From assembly GCA_963777605.1 (NCBI GenBank), contig CAVZRV010000010.1, positions 128,001 to 192,000 on the forward strand: a stretch of 64,000 nt of DNA, in the 5' to 3' direction. Each line of letters starts with the position of its first letter. Positions within the stretch are counted from its first letter, which is position 1. Under the pieces are notes generated by a model. It saw nothing but the letters and a program-made list of their open reading frames with translations, did no database searches and was not told where the DNA came from. Shown here piece after piece: positions 50,303 to 59,981 of the stretch. A program made the translations under genes and the position numbers. Source of the DNA: an uncultured Acidobacteriota bacterium. GTDB taxonomy: Bacteria; Acidobacteriota; UBA6911; RPQK01; JAPXNP01.

Positions 50303-51784
50303 TTATCGGCCACCCGTCCAGAGCAGGGCGCGGTGGATCAGGTCCCGGAAGCCCGGATATAGGAAGACCTGGCGGTCGTGTCCCAGCTGGATCGCGACGA
50401 CGCGTGACGGCTTATAGGGGCTGACCCAGGCGACCGGCCCGTCGCTCTCGGGTACGTCGGCACGGAGAAGGACCTCGATATCCGGTGAGTACCACATCTG
50501 CTTGTAGGCTTCGTCGATGTGATGCAGCGGGCTCAGGCCGGCTACTACCGGGTGTTTGGCCACCGGCCGGACAAACATCTCAACTCCCTGCTGGAAAGTG
50601 GACCCCCGGCTGTCACTGTTGTCGAGGATGTAGCGTCCGCCGACGACATCCTGCCACCACCACGGCCAGTCGTTGTAGTCAGCGAGCGCATGGTGCAGAA
50701 CAACCAGGCCCCGGTTGTTCTCCAGGAACCGGGTCAGATTGCCGCGCCCCTTATCACTCAGGCTCGGCGAGAGGTCGTAGAGGAGGACGACATCGAACCG
50801 GTCCCGCAGGTCTTCCGCGAAAGCCGCCTCGTTGGAGGTGGCATGGCTCCAGATCAGGTCGCGACTCTCGAACAGGGTGTAAAACTCGGTTTGAAATTCG
50901 TGACCACCGGTGACAACCAGGACTCGCAGTGCCTTCGGATCGCGGGCATTCAGATTGAGCCGTGGCGGCAGGGTGACGGTTCCGGTCGCGGCCCATTCAC
51001 AGCCCCGGGCAAAGGTCGCCTCGAATCCGGGTTCGGCCATGGCGACGAGGTCGTGTCCCAGCACGGTCTGAAAAACCCTTCCCTTCCCGTAATCGACCGT
51101 CCAGAGAATCGGCTCGTCTTCCCCCGTTCCCCGGGTTTCCGGCCGACTGAAGGCGGTGGCCAGAACATGGACCGATTCGGTCATTTTCAGGTTGTGATAG
51201 AGCTCGTCGGTCGCCCAGAAGAAGTCTCCGAGATCCCGCGTGATCGGGTGGGCAGTGTCCCGAAACTCGACCTTGAAGGTGTGCCGGTCCCCGTGGGAGG
51301 TCTCGGGATTCGCCTTCGACCAGATTCCGCCGACCAGGTTGATGAACTCGGGCCATGGCTTCTCCACCAACCCGGTGGGGACGTGCCCGTCGCCGAGAAC
51401 ATCGAGTCCGCTGAATCCATAGCTGGCCCCGTGGACGACGACCATCCCCTTCCCCGACGCCACGAACTCCCGGATCGCTTCCTCGGCTGCCTCACCCAGG
51501 CGGGGCCCCTGGTAGTCGAGTATCAGGACGTCGTAAGGAGCGAGCGTGCCAGCGGTCATTCCTCTCGGGTCTTCATTGACCCGAACGTCAAAGCGGCCCG
51601 AACCGACCAGGATCTCCCGCAGCCGGGGAGTCGTCGATCGCCAGTCGTGATTGTTGAAACCGGAGAGAATCAGGGCACGGGCTTTTCCCGGCTGGAAGAA
51701 AGGATCAAGTCTTTGTCCCATCATGCGAGAACTGAGTAACAATGTCGCAATTCCCGCCCAAATAAGATATTTATGGATCTTCAT
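50303..51784 (-). CDS. Exported protein with tandem ThuA-like (class I glutamine amidotransferase fold) domains
   Basis: Two copies of the pattern LxxxGxxH...GxVVxH...HP(I/V)...DExY...GRV...LGHD. Confidence 0.85.
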   Translation of the reverse strand: MKIHKYLIWAGIATLLLSSRMMGQRLDPFFQPGKARALILSGFNNHDWRSTTPRLREILVGSGRFDVRVNEDPRGMTAGTLAPYDVLILDYQGPRLGEAAEEAIREFVASGKGMVVVHGASYGFSGLDVLGDGHVPTGLVEKPWPEFINLVGGIWSKANPETSHGDRHTFKVEFRDTAHPITRDLGDFFWATDELYHNLKMTESVHVLATAFSRPETRGTGEDEPILWTVDYGKGRVFQTVLGHDLVAMAEPGFEATFARGCEWAATGTVTLPPRLNLNARDPKALRVLVVTGGHEFQTEFYTLFESRDLIWSHATSNEAAFAEDLRDRFDVVLLYDLSPSLSDKGRGNLTRFLENNRGLVVLHHALADYNDWPWWWQDVVGGRYILDNSDSRGSTFQQGVEMFVRPVAKHPVVAGLSPLHHIDEAYKQMWYSPDIEVLLRADVPESDGPVAWVSPYKPSRVVAIQLGHDRQVFLYPGFRDLIHRALLWTGGR

Positions 51785-51938
51785 TCCTCCACTCCGTTTC
51801 CCGTTCAAGCAAGCCCACCAAAAACGCTTCAGCGCCCCGGAAACAGGTCGTTGCCCGGGAAAAAGTCACCAGGAACTATTCTCGAGACAGAGTCCCGGCG
51901 ATCGCGACCGGGCTGCCTGAAGGCAGCCCCGAAACCGC

Positions 51939-52907
51939 TCACACGTCCCACTTGGAGTCCCACTCGACCGTCCGCTTCTCCCGGTAGGCCAGATTCCCCA
52001 GGTGGCAAGCCATGGCCGAATAGTGACCTTCGACTGGATCCGCGTTCGGGCGCTTGCGGCTTCGCATGCAGTCGAGCCAGTTCTGCAGGTGCTTGCGGGC
52101 ATCCCCGTAGGGACCGTAGTGGGCATATTCGTTGGAACCGGAGGGGCTGTCGGGGGCAGCGAGGAACTGGTACCCCTGTCGAAAGATGGACAGCCGTCCG
52201 CCGGTTCCCATGAAAACGATGTCGGTAACTTCCTTGCCGGCAAAATCGGTGATGGTTGCCTCGAACGTGATGTTGACCCCTTCCGGGTACTGCACGGTGA
52301 GGTTGATGTTGTCGGGGGTGTCCCGCCCGTCCTCGAAGTGAAAGACCCCACCAAGTCCCGAGGCGAACTGGCAGCGATGCAGGTTGAGGTACCAGTGGGC
52401 GACGTCGACCATGTGCACAAACAGTCCGCCCGTCATTCCGCCCGTAGAAAAGTCCCAGTAAGCGAACCGGTTGAAGTAGCGCTTGGGGTCCCAGGGGATC
52501 TTGGGAAGCCAGGCCAAGCAGGCATCCCAGTCCAGATCGTCGGGCTTCTGCTCCATGCCCGGTGGGACCTTGACCGTGTAGCCGGCGTTCTTGTTCCAGA
52601 TCGTGCGGACCATGTGAACGTCCCCGATCAGACCGCTGTCGATAAATCGCTCTTTCGCCTCGAGGAAATAGTCCATGCTGCGCTGCTGCATGCCGACCTG
52701 AACCACGCGTCCAGTCTCTCGAACGGTTTGGACGAGGTCCGGCCCCTGCTCGGGAAGCGAGGTCATGGGCTTTTCCACGTAGACATCCTTCCCTGCCCGG
52801 CAGGCGTCGATCGTGATCGGGGCGTGAGCGTGATCAAAGGTGCCGACGAGGACCCCGTCGATGTCAGACTGCTCGAGAAGTTCCCGGTAATCGGCGTATT
52901 TATCGAT
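51939..52907 (-). pseudogene. Gfo/Idh/MocA oxidoreductase lacking its N-terminal Rossmann segment
   Basis: YADYRELLEQSDIDGVLVGTFDHAH...GKDVYVEKP, VQVGMQQRS, VHMVDVAHW; in-frame TGA at 52908-52910 and no GxGxxG found upstream in any frame. Confidence 0.7.
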
Positions 52908-53085
52908 TCAGTTCGGCCCCGTTTCCGTCGATTGGTTCCTGCGGATGACCAAGCTTCACATACCCGACCAGGGGTCGCAAGTTGAAAAGGTTACTCGGTA
53001 AGCATTATGATCTGGCCAACTCGATCAATAGTTTTAGTAGTTCCCGATTCCTGATTCGCAGTAGGGCGGATTCGCCGGAGGTCCA

Positions 53086-55041
53086 ATGGCCGACTGGAAA
53101 GATTTTCTTTCAACAATCCCGATCTTTTCGTTTCTCAACCACGAGGAACTCAGGCAGATCCAGGAACACTTCCAGGAAATCACCTTTCAGAAGGGCGAAA
53201 CGGTCTGCAAGACAGGTGATCCGGGCGACGTCTTCTACGTCGTTCTGAGCGGCGAACTCGAGGTGTGGGGCGCCGAAAGCGGAGAAGCGCGCAGGACCGG
53301 CACGCTGACCGCCCGCGATTTCTTCGGAGAAATGGCCCTCCTGCAGGGAGGCAAGCGAACGGCGACGGTAATTGCCGGACGCCGGAGCCGCGCCCTGGCC
53401 CTCGAGGAGAAGTCCTTCGACCGCTTCTTTCTGAAAAACCCTCGCGCCCTGGAATACTTCGCGCGTGTCCTCTGCAAGCGCTTGGCCAGTGTGACCCGCG
53501 GCGACACGGGTGAGTCGAGCAACCTAGTGATCAGCGTGGCGAGCCGGCCCGGTTTGAAGGGCAAGGGAATGGTCAGCCGGGCAATCGGATGCCTGCTCAA
53601 AGACCTCACCAAGAGGGACGTACTGGTCGTCGACCTCTATCCCCTCGAAGGAAACTCGAAGGAACTCCTCGACAACCTGCTTCGGGACGATCTCCAGGAA
53701 ATCCCGGGCGAAATCAAGGAGATGCTCACTCCGGGCCCCAACCATCCGACCTTCATTTCTTTCGGTGCGCGGGCCGGGAAAGAGAAACAGTTCTACGTTG
53801 ATCGGGCGTCCAACCTGATCGGCAAGCTCACCAACCTGTTCAATATAGTGGTGGTGGACCTGGGTTCGGGGATTCCCGCGCTGGTCGAAGGAGCCGACCA
53901 GTTCTCAGACATCTTCATCGAGATCTCAGACACCCCCGAGGGCGTCATCTCGCCGAAATTCGAGAAAACCACGCGCTGCTACCGCGTCGTTAACCAGTTC
54001 AATCCTTCCAGCCGGGCCCTGCCGATTTCCCACTGCGAGCCCTTTGTAATTCCGAAATCAACCCTCCTCTCGCAGCCCGAAGGGTTGGCCGAGATCAGGA
54101 GTAATCCGCGAAACCAAGCCGGAGTTGCACTTCACCGGCTAGCGAGGAAACTGGTCGGGGCAACCGTGGGCGTGGCGCTCGGGGGCGGGGCGGCGTTCGG
54201 AATCTCTCACCTTGGCGTCCTCAAGGTTCTCGAAGATAACGGTGTCCCGATCGACCTGATCGCCGGATGCTCTCAGGGTTCGATCATTGGCGTCGGCTAC
54301 GCGTGCGGCACCAGCGTGGACGAGATGATCAGCATCGCCCGCCAACTCGGACAGAAGAAGAACTTCTTCCTGGCAATGGACTTTAACCTCATGGGACCCG
54401 GGATCCTGGGAGGAAATCGGGTCATCGAGATCTTCACTCCCTATCTGCGGGACAAGGCCACGTTCGAAGACCTTGTCTATCCGTTCCGGGCGATTGCAAC
54501 CGATATCGAAAGTGGGGAGAGGATCGCGATGGGTACCGGAAGGCTCGATCATGCTTTCCGGGCCAGCAGCTCGGTGCCGATGGTCTTTTCGCCGCTGCTG
54601 CACGACGGGCGGGCTCTTGTTGACGGTGGTGTCGCCGACCCCGTCCCTGCGGAGACAGCCCAGGAAATGGGTGCCGATCTTACGATCGCCGTCAATGTCG
54701 TTCCGCCTCTCCGCAAGGGCGTCACCACTGTGATGAACCGCGCCTACAAGCAGATCAACCGGCTCAACCCACTGTCCTATCTGGGAGCCAACCAGGAACT
54801 GCCGAACATGTTCGACATCGTCATGAACTCCATGCAGATCCTGCAGTACGAACTGGGAAACTTCAAAGCCATCTCAGCGGACGTCCTGATCAACCCCGAT
54901 CTGTCCGATTTCACGTGGATTGAGTATTACCGGGCCCATGAACTGATTGACCGGGGCATCGAGGCAGCCGAGAAGGCTCTACCGGCAATCGAGAAAGCCC
55001 TGAGCCAGAAGATCTTGACCCTGCGCGACCCGGCGCGGTGA
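53086..55041 (+). CDS. cNMP-binding domain + degenerate MinD/ParA-like domain + patatin phospholipase
   Basis: FFGEMALL...RTATV; VISVASRPGLKGK, VLVVDL, VVVDLGSG; GGGAAFG, GCSQG, DGG. Confidence 0.88.
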   Translation: MADWKDFLSTIPIFSFLNHEELRQIQEHFQEITFQKGETVCKTGDPGDVFYVVLSGELEVWGAESGEARRTGTLTARDFFGEMALLQGGKRTATVIAGRRSRALALEEKSFDRFFLKNPRALEYFARVLCKRLASVTRGDTGESSNLVISVASRPGLKGKGMVSRAIGCLLKDLTKRDVLVVDLYPLEGNSKELLDNLLRDDLQEIPGEIKEMLTPGPNHPTFISFGARAGKEKQFYVDRASNLIGKLTNLFNIVVVDLGSGIPALVEGADQFSDIFIEISDTPEGVISPKFEKTTRCYRVVNQFNPSSRALPISHCEPFVIPKSTLLSQPEGLAEIRSNPRNQAGVALHRLARKLVGATVGVALGGGAAFGISHLGVLKVLEDNGVPIDLIAGCSQGSIIGVGYACGTSVDEMISIARQLGQKKNFFLAMDFNLMGPGILGGNRVIEIFTPYLRDKATFEDLVYPFRAIATDIESGERIAMGTGRLDHAFRASSSVPMVFSPLLHDGRALVDGGVADPVPAETAQEMGADLTIAVNVVPPLRKGVTTVMNRAYKQINRLNPLSYLGANQELPNMFDIVMNSMQILQYELGNFKAISADVLINPDLSDFTWIEYYRAHELIDRGIEAAEKALPAIEKALSQKILTLRDPAR

Positions 55042-55099
55042 CGGCGGCAACCGAACAGCGGTTGGCCTGTTCCCTCGAATTCACGATAATGAATTCTTG

Positions 55100-56596
55100 A
55101 TGAGAACGTTGCTGGCGCTGGTCACCGCATTCTGCCTTGCCGGGTGTGTGATCACCCCGGAGAAGACGCAGCAGAATGCGCCCCTGAACGAACCTGTCAG
55201 GCTCTTCCGGTTCAACCCGAATTACCTCGAGTACCAGTCTGAACCGGTAATCCTGGTAACTTCCGCCGAGCACTACGGTGCCGTGCTCAATCTCGACTTC
55301 GACTATGAGCTTTACCTGTCCACGCTCCAGGCGGCCGGTCTCAACTACACCAGGATCTTCACGGGAGTCTACGTTGAGATGCCGGGCAGTTTCGGCATTG
55401 AGAAGAATACCCTTGCTCCTCTGCCAGGCCGTTTCATAGCCCCCTGGGCCCGCAGCACCCGGCCGGGCTACGCGAATGGCGGCAACAAGTTCGATCTCGA
55501 CACTTGGGACAGCGCGTACTTCGAGCGGCTCAGGGGCTTCATCAGGCGAGCCGGGGAGTGCGGTGTCTTCGTGGAAGTCACCCTGTTTTCATCGTTTTAT
55601 GGGGAGAACTGGAAGCTCAGCCCCTTGCACCCGGCCAACAACATCAACGGAACCCCCGACCTGCCCCACCAACTCGCCCAGGTCGATGGGAACGGCGCCT
55701 TGTTCAGCCGGCAGGAAGCCGTGGTCCGCAAAATCGTTCGGGAACTGAACGATTTCAACAACCTGTTTTTTGAGGTTCAGAACGAGCCATGGGCCGACAA
55801 CGGCCGCACGGTTGCACCGGTTAATCCCTACCTGGACGACTGGCAAGAGGTGTGGCGCAACCGGGTGGACGTCGCCACCGAACCGTCCCTGCGGTGGCAG
55901 GACCGCATTGCCGGTATCGTCCGGGACGAAGAGAGCCGCCTGCCCAAACAGCACCTCGTGGCCCAGAACTTCTGCAACTTCGGATACCCGGCGCCACCTC
56001 TCCCGGAGACCATCTCGATCCTCAACTTTCATTACGCCTACCCTGACGCGGCCAGGCTCAACCTGGAACGGGACCGGGTCGTGGGATTCGACGAGAGCGG
56101 GTTCTCCGGACCTGACGACGCCCCCTACCGAAGGCAGGCCTGGAAGTTCCTTCTCTCCGGGGGAGGCGTCTTCAACAACCTGGACTACTCCTTTTACCCG
56201 GGCGCCGAAGACGGCAGCGGCACAAACCGGGCCCCCGGCGGCGGGAGCGCGGCCCTCCGCAAACAGCTCGGGCTCCTGTCGCGCTTGATCAACTCGCTTC
56301 GCTTCGCCCAAATGCGTCCCCTGGCTGCAACCGAACTCTCTTGCCCCAACGCGGTAGCCTACGGACTTTCCTTCCGATCCCGGGAGTATCTCTTTTTCCT
56401 GGAAGGGGAAGGTCCCACGACGCTGTCGCTTTTCATCCCGCCGGGACGCTATTCTCCGGTCTGGATCAACCCCGAATCGGGCGAGACGAAACCGGGCGAC
56501 GCATTTGAGGCTTCAGGCAGAGAATCGACGCTCGTGGTTCCGGGGTTCTCGGGAGAAGTCGCCCTCCAGCTGACCCGGTCGGAATCGCAGGACTAG
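55100..56596 (+). CDS. Lipoprotein, clan GH-A-like TIM-barrel glycoside hydrolase of uncertain family
   Basis: LAGC lipobox; FEVQNEP (acid/base-like), LNFHY, GFDESG (nucleophile-like); C-terminal WINP beta domain. Confidence 0.7.
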   Translation: MRTLLALVTAFCLAGCVITPEKTQQNAPLNEPVRLFRFNPNYLEYQSEPVILVTSAEHYGAVLNLDFDYELYLSTLQAAGLNYTRIFTGVYVEMPGSFGIEKNTLAPLPGRFIAPWARSTRPGYANGGNKFDLDTWDSAYFERLRGFIRRAGECGVFVEVTLFSSFYGENWKLSPLHPANNINGTPDLPHQLAQVDGNGALFSRQEAVVRKIVRELNDFNNLFFEVQNEPWADNGRTVAPVNPYLDDWQEVWRNRVDVATEPSLRWQDRIAGIVRDEESRLPKQHLVAQNFCNFGYPAPPLPETISILNFHYAYPDAARLNLERDRVVGFDESGFSGPDDAPYRRQAWKFLLSGGGVFNNLDYSFYPGAEDGSGTNRAPGGGSAALRKQLGLLSRLINSLRFAQMRPLAATELSCPNAVAYGLSFRSREYLFFLEGEGPTTLSLFIPPGRYSPVWINPESGETKPGDAFEASGRESTLVVPGFSGEVALQLTRSESQD

Positions 56597-56646
56597 ACCA
56601 AACTCTACAATTCAACAAAGCCGGCCGGGACGGCCGGGGGACACTC

Positions 56647-57588
56647 ATGCAGACAACTGGCCGCTGGAAACTTGGACTGACTCTCGCCTCCCTGACCGCC
56701 CTCATGTGGGGAGTCCTCCCCGTCGTTCTCAAGTCGCTGCTTCAGGCAATGGATGCCTACACCATCACGTGGTGCCGGTTCCTTGCGGCAACCCTGGTTC
56801 TGGGCCTGTACCTCGTCTCTCGAAACCGTGTTCCACCCCTCCACCGTTCGCGGGGGAGCGTGTGGTTCTTCCTCGCGGTAGCGGTCGTCGGGCTGGTCGG
56901 CAACTACGTCCTCTACCTGCTCGGCCTCGACTACGTCAACCCGGAAACCTCCCAGATGGTGATCCAGCTGGCCCCCATGTTCCTGCTCCTCGGGAGCCTC
57001 GTCTTCTTCCACGAACCGTTCCAGAAGATCCAGTGGCTGGGCCTGGTAGTTCTCGTCAGTGGCCTCGTGCTCTTCTTCAACGACCACCTGGGTGATTTCA
57101 GCGCGCATTCCGGGCCCTACTTCGTCGGGGTCCTGATCACCATCATCGCGGCCGTCGTCTGGGCAGCCTATGCCCTGGCCCAAAAGCGCCTCCTGCAGAA
57201 CTTCGACTCCGAGCAGATCCTCGCGATCCTTTATGCCTGTGCCATCATCCTGCTGCTCCCCACGACCAGTCTCGATCAGCTTGGCCGGCTCAACTCGGCA
57301 CAATGGGGACTACTGCTGTTTGCCTGCCTCAACACACTGGTCGCCTATGGGGCGTTTGCGGAGTCACTGGCACACTGGGAGGCTTCCCGGGTCAGTGCGG
57401 TGCTGGCAGTGACTCCACTGATCACCCTGTTCTCGGTGTGGCTCGGGCACCGGTGGTTTCCTGCGTCCCTTCACCCCCAGGAACTCAACTCGCTCAGCCT
57501 GACCGGAGCCTTTCTGGTAGTGGCAGGATCGATCGCAGCCGCACTGGGACGCCGTCGCAAAAAGATGACACCCCGTCCGATGGAATAG
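56647..57588 (+). CDS. DMT/EamA-family transporter
   Basis: ~10 TM helices in two EamA repeats; MWGVLP, QLAPMF. Confidence 0.9.
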   Translation: MQTTGRWKLGLTLASLTALMWGVLPVVLKSLLQAMDAYTITWCRFLAATLVLGLYLVSRNRVPPLHRSRGSVWFFLAVAVVGLVGNYVLYLLGLDYVNPETSQMVIQLAPMFLLLGSLVFFHEPFQKIQWLGLVVLVSGLVLFFNDHLGDFSAHSGPYFVGVLITIIAAVVWAAYALAQKRLLQNFDSEQILAILYACAIILLLPTTSLDQLGRLNSAQWGLLLFACLNTLVAYGAFAESLAHWEASRVSAVLAVTPLITLFSVWLGHRWFPASLHPQELNSLSLTGAFLVVAGSIAAALGRRRKKMTPRPME

Positions 57589-57595
57589 CAACCGG

Positions 57596-58792
57596 TTATC
57601 TGCCTGCAAGGGGTCTGATCCGGAGGTCCCGGAAGAAGAGGTCCGTTGTCGGATCGTGACCCTGCAACTGGATCGTTCCAGCCTTGAGGCGAAGTCCGTT
57701 TCGGGGATTCGGGTTGGCCTCGCGCGTGTCGGTCCACGCGGTGACCGGGTAACCGTTCACCCAGACCAGCAGGTTGGGACCGGAGGCGAGAATCGTCTTC
57801 GAAAACCAGACTCCGTCGTCGCTGACGACCTTCCGGGCGGGCACCCGGCGGTAGATTCCACCCGTCCCAAAGTCAACCGGGCGAGTCCGGTCGCCGTCTT
57901 TGAACCCGTTCTGGATCTGGCTTTCGTACCCCTGCCAGAATTCTCCCGGAATACTCCGGAAAAACACTCCCGAATTGAGTCCGGGACCGTTGCACTTGAC
58001 CTGGAGCTGAAGCAGGAAATCGGAGAACTGACCGGTTGTTTCGATCGCGCCCGAACCGTCGAGAATGCGAAGATCCCCACTGTCCGAAACGCTGAAGCGG
58101 CTGGCATGACCAGGCAGCACGTTCCATCCGGCCAGGTCTTGGCCGTTGAAAAGGGGTTCGAGCAGAAGCGGCTTGAGCTTGATGTTCCGAAACTCGATAC
58201 CTCCCTGGTTGAATTGAAGCCCGATCTTGCCCGAGCGCAGCGGCACCGGATCGGTGTATCCCTGGACTCGGCTGTCGTTCAGCCAGACCTCGATGCGCGG
58301 CCCGAGCACGACGACCCAGTAGCGTTGCCAGCCGTCGGTCTCGACCGGAATCGCGATACGGGATCGCTGGACCAGGCTTCCGGTCGGGAAGGGGTTGTCC
58401 GGTGGAGCGATGTTCAGTTCGTAGCCCTCGCCGTGGGGGCCGGCATCGCTGCACACCGGGGCAGTTCGGAGGAACACCCCGCTGTTGGTGCCGGGAGCCG
58501 CCCGGAACTCCAGAGAGAGGATGTAGTTGTCGAAGTCACCCAGGGTGTGCAGCAAACCGAGATTGCCCCTGTTCGCAACAATACTCCCGTCCAAAACCCG
58601 CCAGTCCACCTCGGATGCGGCCTTCCAGCCGAAAAGAGACTCGCCATCAAAGAGCAGTACCCAGCCGTCGTCGATCTCTGCCTGGGTAAGCACGTTGGGA
58701 GCCGCTCCGACCACAATAACCGAGAATCCCCCCAACAGAATCACTAGTGCCGGCAACAAAATCCGTCGTGCCAATCCAGGGTCGAGCATCAT
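57596..58792 (-). CDS. Exported protein with tandem DUF1080 domains
   Basis: Two copies of LF(D/N)G..L.GW, NSGVF, GYE, IxLQ, FR(N/D). Confidence 0.88.
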   Translation of the reverse strand: MMLDPGLARRILLPALVILLGGFSVIVVGAAPNVLTQAEIDDGWVLLFDGESLFGWKAASEVDWRVLDGSIVANRGNLGLLHTLGDFDNYILSLEFRAAPGTNSGVFLRTAPVCSDAGPHGEGYELNIAPPDNPFPTGSLVQRSRIAIPVETDGWQRYWVVVLGPRIEVWLNDSRVQGYTDPVPLRSGKIGLQFNQGGIEFRNIKLKPLLLEPLFNGQDLAGWNVLPGHASRFSVSDSGDLRILDGSGAIETTGQFSDFLLQLQVKCNGPGLNSGVFFRSIPGEFWQGYESQIQNGFKDGDRTRPVDFGTGGIYRRVPARKVVSDDGVWFSKTILASGPNLLVWVNGYPVTAWTDTREANPNPRNGLRLKAGTIQLQGHDPTTDLFFRDLRIRPLAGR

Positions 58793-58884
58793 CAATCCTC
58801 CGGTCGGTTAGTATACCCAGTCCGTGACTCTCCCTCCATGCGAAATCCTGCCGATGTTCGAGTACTCGCTATAATGTCCAGCAA

Positions 58885-59085
58885 ATGCTGAAGCGGATTG
58901 CCTGGTTCCTGTTGCCCGTTTTCCTCGTGTTCGCCAACAACTCGGTCTATGAACCCGACATCGCTCAGCGCGTGATCGATATCATTGCGCGGCTGGTCAG
59001 CGACGGCGGCGTTTCCCCTGATCGCATTCACCAGTCCTGGCATAGAATTATGGTGTTGAAAGAGCGAATCGGGACAGCAGGATGA
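58885..59085 (+). pseudogene. Remnant of a GH3 (NagZ-like) hydrolase: signal-peptide start fused to the C-terminal helices
   Basis: LVFANNSVYEPDIAQRVIDII..LVSDGGVSPDRIHQSWHRIMVLK resembles the end of a GH3 TIM barrel. Confidence 0.55.
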
Positions 59086-59102
59086 TCAAAAGGAGCCCGG
59101 GA

Positions 59103-59981
59103 ATGACCTTCGCCAACCTGGTTGACACCGAAACTCTTTGTTCTCATCTCGATGATCCCCGGTGGCTCGTTTTCGACTGCCGCCACTCCCTCCAGGATCA
59201 CGGTCTTGGACGACGACAGTACGAGGCACGGCACATCCCCACGGCGCTCTACGCTCATCTCGAGGAAGACCTGAGCGGGCCGATCCGTCCCGGAATCACC
59301 GGCCGCCATCCTCTTCCCGAACCCGTAGAGTTTGCCCGTTGGATGGCGGGTTACGGGTTGACCGAGAAAACGCAGGTGGTCGTCTACGACGATTCCGGCG
59401 GGGCGATTGCTGCGCGGCTGTGGTGGATGCTTAAGTGGATCGGTCATGAAGCCGTCGCCGTTCTGGACGGAGGCTGGTCCAAGTGGCAATCCGAGCAGCG
59501 CCCGGCAAGGTCCGGGCGGGAGCCATTCCGGACCGGACATTTTAATCCCCGAATCGATCCGGAACTGGTACGCAGCACGCAAGAGGTGCTTGGCACTCTT
59601 CGGGACGGTACGGGAATTCTCTGGGACGCGCGCGCCGGAGAGCGATACCGGGGAGAACTCGAGCCCATCGATCCGGTTGCCGGCCACATCAAGGGGGCCG
59701 GCTCGGTTCCTTACGCGGAAAATCTCCGGGAGGACGGGACCTTTCGATCGGCCGCCGCACTGCGGGCCCGGTTTCTCGGGCTCCTGGACGGAGAATCATT
59801 CTCGGACGTCATCTGTTATTGCGGTTCGGGCGTCACCGCCGCGCACAACATTCTGGCGGTTTCCGTTGCCGGGCTGGGCCGGCCCAGGCTCTACGCCGGC
59901 TCCTGGAGCCGATGGATCACCGATCCGTCCAACCCGACAGAAACCGGACCCGAACCAAAAAGCCGAAGGAGCGACCAATGA
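59103..59981 (+). CDS. sseA: 3-mercaptopyruvate/thiosulfate sulfurtransferase (tandem rhodanese)
   Basis: HIPTA, GRHPLP, AARLWWML, LDGG, GHIKGA, active-site CGSGVTA, LYAGSWSRW. Confidence 0.9.
   Translation: MTFANLVDTETLCSHLDDPRWLVFDCRHSLQDHGLGRRQYEARHIPTALYAHLEEDLSGPIRPGITGRHPLPEPVEFARWMAGYGLTEKTQVVVYDDSGGAIAARLWWMLKWIGHEAVAVLDGGWSKWQSEQRPARSGREPFRTGHFNPRIDPELVRSTQEVLGTLRDGTGILWDARAGERYRGELEPIDPVAGHIKGAGSVPYAENLREDGTFRSAAALRARFLGLLDGESFSDVICYCGSGVTAAHNILAVSVAGLGRPRLYAGSWSRWITDPSNPTETGPEPKSRRSDQ

Noticed and set aside
52900-52990. Selenocysteine read-through of the TGA upstream of the Gfo/Idh/MocA ORF
   Set aside because: The position is not a Cys-equivalent site, another in-frame stop lies further upstream, and no Rossmann motif is recovered.
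53086-55041. CBASS or Pycsar defence operon
   Set aside because: No nucleotidyltransferase or cyclase is adjacent; the neighbours are metabolic genes.
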